Source: Raillietiella orientalis
Taxonomy: Eukaryota
Length of the DNA: 64,000 bases
Assembly (NCBI GenBank): GCA_036172245.1
Contig: JAYWIR010000044.1
Location: 1,302,001 to 1,366,000 of the forward strand
Direction of reading: 5' to 3'
In this document: positions 25,701-35,584 of the stretch, one piece after another
Layout: each line of letters starts with the position of its first letter
Numbering within the stretch: the first letter of the stretch is position 1
Notes under the pieces: model-generated
What the model was told of the DNA's origin: nothing
Database searches by the model: none
Seen by the model: only the letters and a program-made list of their open reading frames with translations
Program-made: the position numbers and the translations under genes

Positions 25701-26309
25701 CGCTCGGGAACACGGAAGGGTGCGCGGTGCACGGCTGCTCTGGGCAGCGCCCCCGTGCGCTCTTCCCGATCCTTCTCCAGCTAGAGGTGCCGGTACTGCC
25801 GAATATCCTGTGCTGTGACGAGCGATGACGCCTGAGGACGAGAGTCGGAGCCGTTTCCCGTCTGCTCCTGAGCAGCAATCCGCTTGCTACGCCGCCAGAA
25901 CGCGGTCTTGCGTCCTCCGAGAGTCTCTCAGGCGCGAAGGGGGATGCAGCCGTTACCGACAAACGCCGCTTCGGTTCCTCCGGATGACGTCACGGGTTTT
26001 CGGATGAGCCAGTAGCTTGCGGCGAGCGCCCACTCCGCGCGATTCGACTTGAAAATCCACGCGACGTCAGAGTGACCTCCCCAGGTGACTTCACAGCGTG
26101 TCTTCGGGATACAAGAAAAAGCATAAACAAGCGCTCCAACGGTCCGCTTTTAAGATACTGCATCTCGAGATTCGCTTGGCCGTTCTTCCGGCACCTGAGT
26201 CTCCTTCACCGTCCTACTGGGGGGCGAAGCTGCGAGCGGGGGCTCAAAGGGGTTGCCGCGGAAGCGGAACCCACGCACTGCCCTCGAGTTCTCTCCTTCG
26301 CTGCCGCGA

Positions 26310-26610
26310 CCTTCTGAGGTGCTAACTCCATTTTTTCAAGCGAAGGGGAACCCCGAAGGGCCCCTCGATTCCTGGAAGGAGATCGGAGGATCAACTTCCA
26401 ATTCCGGCCAGAAGCAAAGGGGGAATCCAGTTCCCGGCTTCGGCCAGTGCCTCTCCCGAAGCCTGCAAGCCGACCAGCGTCACGCTGAGGAATGGATCCG
26501 AAAACCCACGATGCACCCCTTCGTTCCAGCGTCGTCGATTCTTCCCCGGGCGGGATTCCAACCCGCCACGCTCAGCGCCTAGCGTGAGCAGAGACCCCAG
26601 ACCTCAGCGG
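26310..26610 (-). mobile_element. tRNA-headed SINE-like element, copy D (partial)
   Basis: Reverse complement gcgggttggaatcccgcccggggaagaatcgacg...gtgacgctggt...gttgatcctccgatctccttccaggaatcg...gaaaaaatggag, colinear with 60320-60548. Confidence 0.65.
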
Positions 26611-27946
26611 CCGCCAGCGCGGGCGTGCGGCCGCGGTCTGGACGTGCTCAAGGACTTCGATCAGCCCAGCCGAGACCGATCCCGCGAAACCCGGACTGCA
26701 GGCTCCCTGAACGGATGCGCTTCCTGTCGTGAGCTCTGGGGGCACCGTACGGGAAGTATTTCCATTAGAAGGCGAAGGCTTTCCAGAAAACGGGATGAAA
26801 GTGTTTCCTCGATCACGCGAAGGCTTCTCTGCACGGAATCGCGGGATGAAAAATTATTCCTTCCTCTTTCCTGGTTTTCTAATCCCCCCCCTTCCTCCTC
26901 CTCCTTCTTACTTTTTTTTCTTTTTTTTATCTTGTGCGTCAGCATCTCCCAGCATCTTGCTGGAACTCTTCATCCTGGAACAATCAGAGCAATCACCGTT
27001 ACGACTACCGTTACTTTGACGTCGCTTCCGTGAAATTAGAACCTTTTATTCGCATCTCCCGGGAAATGCAGACGGGAAGAGAGTCGCAGAAGTCTGCTCA
27101 TCCCGGGACGCCTCTTGCGTTCCTTGCAAGACGATGCGGGGCTGGAATGATCGCGCACGCATGCATCTTTCCGGGATGCTGGATGCATCGGCCGCACGAA
27201 CTCATCTGCCTGACGATCGCTCGGCAGGATACCTCGCTGGCTGAACCCTGATTTCTGGTCCCGGAGGATCATCTTCCTCGCGAGCGGGACGGGAAAAGAC
27301 CACCCGCGCGCTCTCTTCCTGCAGTTGTCACCCGGGAATTCGGTCGGCTGGGTGCGTTCGCGTAGCGTGGCATTCACGTCATTGAGGTCTTCGCTTCTCC
27401 CTCTGGAGTAGGACCATGCTGGACGGGAGGAGGTCAGCCCCGCCCCACTCTCTCCGGGTCGTCAGCTCGCCACCATACACGCCATCGATGGGCTGTGGAG
27501 TCCTCCAAGAAGTCTAGCCGACGCCGGAGGCGAAGGCCGCGCTAGGGAAGCCATCCTCTTCGCCCTACATTTTCTTGCGGAGGACAACGAGATGACCCCA
27601 CCTGATGATGAAGAAGAATTTCCCGGCATTGTCGAAAAAATGCGGAGGACGGCTCCCAGAGGAATGAGTTTCTTCCCATTTCTACTTTTATTTTTGTTTC
27701 GTTTCCTCGCTTCCCCTCTGCTATCCTAACTACCCACTCCGATCTATGCACTGGATGCTGGGCAACTTCCTCATTATCTGGACTCGATAGGACCAATGTG
27801 CTACCATCTCCGTATTGCCTGTAGTTGATGAACAAACGCCCCGGAGAACCTGTATGAAAATCCCGGAAATCTGAAGGAGGGATGCCTCGGGAGCTTCCCC
27901 CGCCCGGAGGCGATGATGCCGCATCCTCGCCCACCTCCACGGTCCG

Positions 27947-28043
27947 CCGCGCGACGGGGTCGCTCGCATGCGGCATCCCTTACCCTGAAGAGCAATTCCA
28001 GACCGAGACGGCCGGCATCCTGCGCCCGTTCCGGGAAGAAACG
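27947..28043 (-). repeat. 97-bp inverted repeat, copy 2
   Basis: 95/97 identical to 23061-23157 in inverted orientation. Confidence 0.95.
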
Positions 28044-28499
28044 ACGAGCCGCTAACGGAAACTTTCCACCCCACGCCACCCCGCCCCACTTTCCACCCCA
28101 TCGTTTGTTCATTCTACCTCCCCTCCTTCCCTCCCGCTCGGGACCTCTTCAGTAACCGCGCGTCGGTGGACCCTCCCTATGAACTTTTCTCTCTGCTGTT
28201 TTTGTTCCGCGAACTGCCCCACCCGGTTGTCTGCCTACCTTTTATTTATTTGTTTTTCTCCCAGAGAAAAGCGTCCCTGCGCGTGGGGCCGGGCGAAAAG
28301 CCGAGCCACGTGCGTTCCCCGAGGGCCGCTCCATCGTAAGCGCGATAGCTTGCGCGCGCGCTCTCCGTCCAAACTGAGGGAACTCCGACTTTCTCCCTTT
28401 CCAGGAGGCCACGCTCTCCCGGATCCTGCTGGAATCGGAGGGAGGCGGCGAGGAGGCAGGTGGAAAAGTCGCCACAGAGACGAACCTCCAGACGGTCCA

Positions 28500-29900
28500 C
28501 CAGGACGGCATCTCAAGGCTCGGAGCACCTCCGGAAAAGCCTCATCCGTAGTTCCCTCACGGACCAAGAAAAGCGGGAGGTGCGACCTGCAGATTCCTGG
28601 GATCGGATGTCAAAACCACCTTCGGCGAAGTGGATGCTGTCCTTTCCAGGTCGTCCGAGGAGTTCGTTGGGACCTGCGCCAGCGAGGCGCCTGTGAAGCG
28701 ACGAAGGGCTCCGCGCATCTGGGACGCGAGATCCCATTTTCGATTCGTGGTCATTCCGCCGGCTGCAACAGCGACACCTGCAAACGGGCGCCTGCCTGCG
28801 GAAGGGAGAGGGGGATGGAGGGTCCGTCCCGCGTTTTCGTTACGCCCCGTCGGGATTTCGAATCGGATGCACGTCGGCTACCAGACGAACTGGGTGACCA
28901 CGTCTACTCCTCGTCTCCTGAGAAGGGCAGGCACGGGCGTGCCCTAGGGCGCTTAGCGAGAAAGGAAGGGCCAGGCTACCCTCCCAAGCAGACGCCGGAG
29001 ACCCCACCGCGCCTGCAGGACCTCCGTCCTCCTTCGCTCCCCGGATTGTGGCAGGGAAATCCGTCGCCCGTATCTCTACAGGGCGTAGCGCTTCTACCCA
29101 GCCCATGGAATTCCATTCCCCCCCCCCCCTCCCTGTTCCGTGGGATTCCGAAAGTCCGGCACGGGATGCACGTCGTAAATTCCCAGATTTTTTCCTCCTC
29201 CATGTTCAGCAGGCGACATGCAAATCCCTACACGCCAAGCCCCCTCAATTAGCTAAATGGGAAATCATCGGACGCCGCTGCCCCCGCCACGGATGCGCTC
29301 CCGAAAAACGCGATGCTGCGTCTCCGCGTCTGGGGCAGCTGTCCCCCTCTCCGTGCCGAGAGCACGCCGAAATCCGAGGCGACCGCCGGACTGAGAAATT
29401 CGCATCTCCTCGGTCAGACGCTCGCAACGCACACCGCGCCGTTCCGGAAACGCACTTCTCCTTCCATGGACACTCCTCTCTCCCCGTGCAGGCAGCATTG
29501 TTGCGTAGCGCGTCGCATTGTTGCGTAGTGCATCGCCGCGCGACGACGAGCTACTCCTCAGGGTACAAGACCGTGAGAGACTGCGATGCCTTGGGATCAT
29601 TTTTCGAGTCTCCCTCCGCATTTCGTGGGCTCCCGCGCCTCAGTGATAAGCCTGCCGGGAAGGCCTTCCCTCTCGAACATTATGGTCTCGGCCCTCCTTT
29701 CCGAGGCCAAGTCAGGCCAGCGAAGCTTACAAGCGGGCAGCACCCCAGCTACTGCTGGAACTGCGACGACGAGGCCGTGGTCCTGGCTGCCTCCCTGCCT
29801 AGGGGAGCGCGGGGTCTCCCAGATCGTATGCGGAGGCCCGCGGACCCGGTGCCGCCCAACGCGACCCTCACCAGATCTCGCCACTGAAAACCGGCCCGAT
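28500..29900 (+). mobile_element. Decayed non-LTR ORF2 C-terminal remnants
   Basis: LPDELGDHVYSSSPEKGRHG (thumb GGxG-like) and HPSYCWNCDDE (zinc-knuckle-like). Confidence 0.35.
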
Positions 29901-30837
29901 CGTGAGCATTCGGGTACCTTCACTCTTCTACGTCCTCGCCACCTCGTCAGGTCGGACTCGGGACGGTCCGGTTTCAAATCGCTCGCCGTGTATTTTTAGA
30001 TCTCACGGTTGGGCGTGCCATCCTGATCGCGCACGCTGAAGCCACGCAGCGTAGCCGGGCTTCGCACAGGCCGATTTTCAGTGAATTCACTTATCCATCC
30101 TTTTTTTTTCACCCCCTATTCACGGTCCCGTCCCGTCTATTCCTCCAGTTCTCCCAGATGGGCTCATCAATGTGATGCATACTGGTGTGCGCTCGGTAGG
30201 AAGAGAGCTTCCTGACCTACCAGCCTGCTCTTTCGCTTCTTATTTATTGCGCACGTGAACCAACGGACCCGGACTGACCTGGAAGCTCAGGAGCTCATAT
30301 TCCGCGTAGCGGAAGTTTCTCACTTGAGCACGGGCCAGTCTCGAAGCCACTGCACCGACTGATGCAACCCCAGTGCGTGTGGTGGGACGCCGCGTCGCTC
30401 TCGAGAGCTCCCCATCGGCACTTGGAGGAGCAAAGAGGTGAGCGTCGAGCTGGTGTAGGCAGCTGAGTCGCTTGGTCCTTCGAAAAGTCGGGAGGAGAGT
30501 CTCTTCCTTCCGCTCCCGCTCTGGAGTCACTACCGTTTCAAGACGACTTAAAGAAGATGAGGCGTAAGGACAACTGCAGGCAGACCCGGTCGTAGCCGGT
30601 GACTCAGTCCCATTTCCAGCCCCTGCCTTCCGTCCTTTACCGATAGGGACACTCGCGAAACCATGCTCATCCACCCCGACCAGCCTCCAGGGAAGCTTAC
30701 GCACCCCGACGCCTCTCCCTTTCTTATTACATTTTTGATTGTTTCACATTTCATGTTCGCCAATTGGAAATAAATGGGCTGGTATGCCTGCGTGCGGAGG
30801 TCACGGGCTGGTGCTTGCCTCTCGAGACCAAAGGAAC

Positions 30838-31627
30838 CGATTGGCGGACAGGACGAGTCACGTGACCCTGGGAAAGGTGTGCAGGATGTGTCACGTCTCT
30901 CGCAACGGCCGCGCTAGCGGCTCGCGGTCGCTGACGCCATCCGGCGACCGCGCAAGTCGGACAGCGACGGGCGACCTCGCCAGAAGAGCCTGGCCGCGTC
31001 CGCCACGCCCCCGGAGGTCAAGCATGACCGAGTTGCGCGATGACTCAATCGTGCAACCCCTCGTGACCGGCGATCCAACAACAGCGCCGGTCGTGCTACC
31101 GGAGCTGTTGCCATAGGCGACCTCAGGGTTTCCTGCTCCCGCGTCCCGCGAGCAGGCATACGCAGGACTCCTGACGGGAGCCGAAGAAAAAAAAAAAAAA
31201 AACAGAAAAAGGGAAACGCGCACGAATAAAAAAGGGAAAAGCTGGGAGCCGACAGGACTTGGAGGGAAACTCGGGAGGAAACGGGAACTCATTAAAAACT
31301 GGAGATGGAGAGCGCGCGCGCGCAAAGACAAATCCTCCTTCCTTTGTTGCTCTCGGAAGGGCCGCTGCCAAGCGGTTCGATTCGGCAGATCCGGGGGCTG
31401 AACTCGCTCCTCCCCCTCTCGGGAGGTATTTTTGGATTCATAACCAAAGATATATAACGGAATAAATCTTTTCAACCCGGGATGACGCTCAGCTGACGGC
31501 CCCCGAGTCACGTGGTGCGCTTGCACGAAATATTTTAGGAACCGCATCGCTGCCTCCACCGCCGGAGAGGCTGGCGCGCGCGACGGGTGCCTAGTGGGTG
31601 CTCCGCACCGGCGAAGATCTATTTATA
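30838..31627. promoter_or_regulatory. Cluster of Pol II promoter-like motifs in a CpG-rich tract
   Basis: Inverted CCAAT at 30840-30844, perfect palindromic E-box GTCACGTGAC at 30857-30866, GTCACGTGG at 31507-31515, and TATAAATA on the minus strand at 31620-31627. Confidence 0.3.
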
Positions 31628-31933
31628 GCACGGAGAATGAGAGGGAGCGGGAGGAAGGCGAATATCGACTCCAGGGGGCACTGCGAGTGACGCGAAGCCC
31701 TGCGACCGATCTTCGCAGAGAGGCGTCTCTCCCGTCCGAGCGCGAGGGGTCTGGAGCGACCGGGAGGATAGTGAGGTGGAGGACAGTCGCTGCCGCCGCG
31801 CTTGCTCTTCTTCCGCCTATCCCAGCCACAAAGCCACACGCAGGGGAGGAAAGCACACCGCACCGTTCGTTACGTAATGTGCTTTTCCTTTCCCCCTCCC
31901 TCTCTTCCCGCGCAGACGGTAGCACTGTAGCGG

Positions 31934-32056
31934 CATTGTTGTGTAGAGCGCCGCTCTGTTGTCGCGCCATTGCTGAGTAGCGCGCCGCATTGTTGTGGAG
32001 ACATTATTGAGTAGCACGCCGCGTTGTTGTCGAGTCATTGTCGAGTAGTTCGTCGC
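31934..32056. repeat. 34-bp minisatellite, ~3.6 copies
   Basis: Units start at 31934, 31968, 32002 and 32036 (cattgYtgagtagcRcgccgcNttgttgt...). Confidence 0.9.
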
Positions 32057-33199
32057 CTCGCAGTGAAGCTCTTGCGACCGCCCGGGAACCCTTCCGCGGC
32101 AGCAAGCCGCGGGGAAGGAGGAACCGACCACCACTGTCCCGCATCCCCAAGTGAGGCTCGGGCAACCTGCTGCCGAGATTCCGCATCGATTGCCGGACTC
32201 GGACAGCGCGTTCCCCGCTTTCAGGGCGTTCTTCCCTGGCTCGTGAGCATTCCGTAGCCTGGCGACCTTCTTCGAGGCTACCCGAAGGCTCGCCCCGTGG
32301 AGGGAAGACTCGAGTGAGGAAAAAACGGACCGGTTCCGAGAGGTCGCTGGGAAGGTAGGAGAGACTCCGTCGTCCCCTTCGGGAAGGAGCGCGAGACGGG
32401 AGAAGCGAAAAAAAAAAGAGCAAAGACTTACCTTAGAGGGATGGGTGGTCGTACGCTCCTCCTCAGCTCTTCTCCTTCCTCCTCCTCTTTCGTTTCACCG
32501 TGGTCCGGAAGCAGGACGCGGCGGGAACACCCTGGCGCGAGGGAAGACGAAGGAGCAGCGTAGTGATAAAGCAGTCGGTGACAACTGATGCTGCAGGTTC
32601 ATCCACTTTGCTCTTTGAATAGTCGCGGCGTCGGGCACATGCGCCTTCCCGGCAGCGCGCGTCTGGAGGGCGCTCGGCTGAAGGGAAAGCCTCTCACCGA
32701 TCACCGCGCGCCCCGACTGCACCGGAGCAGGAAGCACCCTTGACGGGAGGGGGGGGGGGGGGGAGGGAAAAAGGGAGGAAACGACTCACCTGTGCAAAAC
32801 TGGGACCGGATCGGCCTTCGAGGCAACGAGCAGATGTCGCTTCAGGGCTCCAAGACCGATCCCGACAGCAGCATCCCAGGTCAGGAGGCGGAAGCGGCAC
32901 GTTGCAGCGGGCGGTCGCCCGGCTTGCGCTCAACCACCACGCGCGACGATGCGTGCGCGTCCGGTAAGATCTCCGTAAACATTCCGGAAGGAAGAAAACG
33001 GAAGGCGCATGACCGTTCCTTTTTTTTTCTTCTTCCTTTTTTCCTTTTTGTTTGCTTGAAGGTGCACCGACTGCATCCCAATCTTTGCTCCGACTGTAAA
33101 CGCTCCCTCAGGACGTTTACAGCCTCCTGCGCCCCTGCTCCCTCGATGCCTTCTCTCGCCGCGAGGACTCCGAGCTGTTAACCGCGACTGACTCGCCTC

Positions 33200-33590
33200 T
33201 CCAGTCGCCTCCGAGCACTTCAGATCCGTGCGACTTCCGTTCTTCTCCGTCGATGTCGCTGGTAAAGAAGCTGTCAACATCCGGATCCAGAGTGACGACA
33301 GGCATGGAGGTTTGCCGATACCCAAGGAGGTCGACTGGCACGGGGACGAGCTGCTGCCTGGTCGCTGGAAAGAGCCATCGGCGTGAGCCGGGAGTTGATC
33401 CACAGGAACTCCCCAGAGCTGAAGGACTCGAAGATCCTCAGGGACTCCAGCGTGGGGAAGCACCTGGGCGTGCACGGCTTCAAACGCCTCTCACTCGATC
33501 GGCGAAATTAAGCAGTGTCGGACACAGTTCGTACTTGGATGAGAGACCTGGGAAAATCCTGGTGCATGGGAAACTCCTGGTACCTCCCTT
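33200..33590 (-). mobile_element. Decayed CCHC/RLE fragment
   Basis: PCTPRCFPTLESLRIFESF (cf. C..C...ESLxHI...C), followed by LLGYRQTSMPVV. Confidence 0.35.
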
Positions 33591-34378
33591 CGGCTGTTGC
33601 CTGAGTTGCGGGTTCGCATCACCACAAGAGAATCGACTCTGGGAACCAAAGGTGGGTCGTTGGTTCGACTTCCCGCGCAAGATGACGCTGGTTGACCTAT
33701 GGGCTCCAAATGCGGCACTAGTCGAAGCCGGTAACCCCTGAATATCCCAGTCAGCTGGTTGGGACTGGAAGCTGACCTCCGGGGTCTTTTCAGGAATCAA
33801 GGAGACTCAGGGTTTCCCTCCAGTTGTGCAATTGAGGACGTCCCTCCCATCTTGTACCGTAGAGCTGGTGAACTAATGCCTTTCCAAGGTGTGAAGAAGC
33901 TCGCTGCTCACTTCGGGGAGCGACTCTTCGGAGAAATGGGGATGCATCCCTTCGGGGTTCTCTTCAGAGGAATGCTCCGCTTGCTGACTCCTTCCGGAGA
34001 GGAAATTCCAGGAGAGGACTCTTTCTGGGTTTCCTTGGGAGAAGAAATAATGGAGCCTCCCTCTCCAGGGGTCTCCGAAAAGAATAGAGAAGAGGTATTC
34101 TTCGTGGTTCTTTGTCAAGAGTAAGGGGAACGGACTCCTTCTTAAGGAGCCTTCCTGGATTCATAGGATGTTCAGTAAGGGTTGCCTCTTTTAACTGGAA
34201 GAGTCAACATGTCCCTTCAGGTGGAGTGGGCGTTACTAAAGAGCTTCTTGAGCCCCCAGGCGAACGGTTGTTGAGTGCTTGGAAGGCCCCCAAAAAGGAA
34301 AACCTGAAGGAAAAAAAAGAAAGCTGGGAGAACAACAGCGAGAGACGAAGAACCCCGAAAGATTTCCGCCACTCTTAA
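33590..34378 (+). mobile_element. tRNA-headed SINE-like element, copy E (long)
   Basis: gagttgcgggttcgcatc head, aagatgacgctggttg, gacctccggggtctttttcaggaatcaaggag, ttcggggttctcttcagagga. A-rich 3' part is homologous to 4690-4795. Confidence 0.75.
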
Positions 34379-35584
34379 GGAAGGGCTGCACTTCACCTTC
34401 CGGAAGGTGGTGGAGCTGTGTGGGCGCACCGATGAGGACGTCGTCACACGGCAGTGCTCCCGCAAGTCAGTTCGGGACGGGCAGGCCTGCGAGGTGCGCT
34501 GAGAGGCCGCTGATGCCGCACCAGCAGCAGCGAGAGCATAACCCACGAGGAGGGCAGCGTCTGCACGTTCATCCAGCTTTGCGAGATTACGGGGTGCTGC
34601 AGGAGCGCTGATTCTACCAGCCGGCTGTAATGAGGCGCCCGAGGGCTTCTGCTCCACCTCGCCACATGGCACACGGCGCTTTTCCACGCTCCCCGGCGCA
34701 GATGCCACGCTTACCCCACAGCGCACATCCGTGAAAGAGAGCTGGGTGACGAGTGACCTCCGAGTCCCCTCCGAGAGAATCCACGAGGAGGAAGACTTCC
34801 GTTTTCTTTGCCCCGGGAGGACGCGGCCTCCGTGCAGGCCGCTCGAAGCTCGGAAGGAAAATCCGCACGGGAGTACGGCACCTCGTGCGCGCACTTCCTA
34901 CCCAGCACCTCGGCGACGTCGGCGGACTCTCTGCTCCCGCGGGAGGAGGATGTAGGTGGCAGCAATTTATAACCGGGAAGCATCTAGCGTGACTCACTGC
35001 ACCCTCCCGAAGCCGGTCTCAGGAGACAGTGCGTCTCTCGTGCTCCTTCTCTTTGATCCGGGGGAGAGAGGGACTCGAGGAATCGTCACCCCCTCGTGGC
35101 ATCACTAGCGACGTGCAAATTCCGCTCGGCTCCCTAGAAGCGCGGCTCTCTCGGCCGCAGACAGGTAGCCGACGGAACTCTGTAATTAAGACGGATTAGG
35201 ATCGTGCGTTCTGTTTCGGATCCCACGGCGAGTGTACCCTTTCATCATATGAATTGGATTTCGGACCCCGGGAGGGTCGATTAGGCAGCAGCCAAAGGAG
35301 TCGCGTCAGCAGCCACCGAGCACGGAGAACGTGCACTCGTCCTCCTGCGCACACGTCTCAGGGAATTTGCAACAATTTCAGGAGTAGTTTAGATGATTGA
35401 CGTGGCTGATGAAAGCCACAGATTATGGCGTCCTTCCTGTAGCCAAAAAAAAAAAAAAAAATGGTGGGAACGTGCCTCTGATAGAATTTCGTTCTCTAAT
35501 GGTGGCTGACAATTCCTTTCGACAAGTACATGTTTAATTAGGATCATTAAGTTACGTGTTTGCGCGCCCGTCATTGATAATTTA

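Noticed and set aside
28179..29252. Longest ORF (357 aa) as a real gene; likewise 24230-25108 (-) and other 200+ aa ORFs in the GC-rich tract
   Set aside because: Arg/Pro/Ser/Gly-rich, no recognisable domain, expected by chance in GC-rich DNA, and overlapping decayed LINE motifs.
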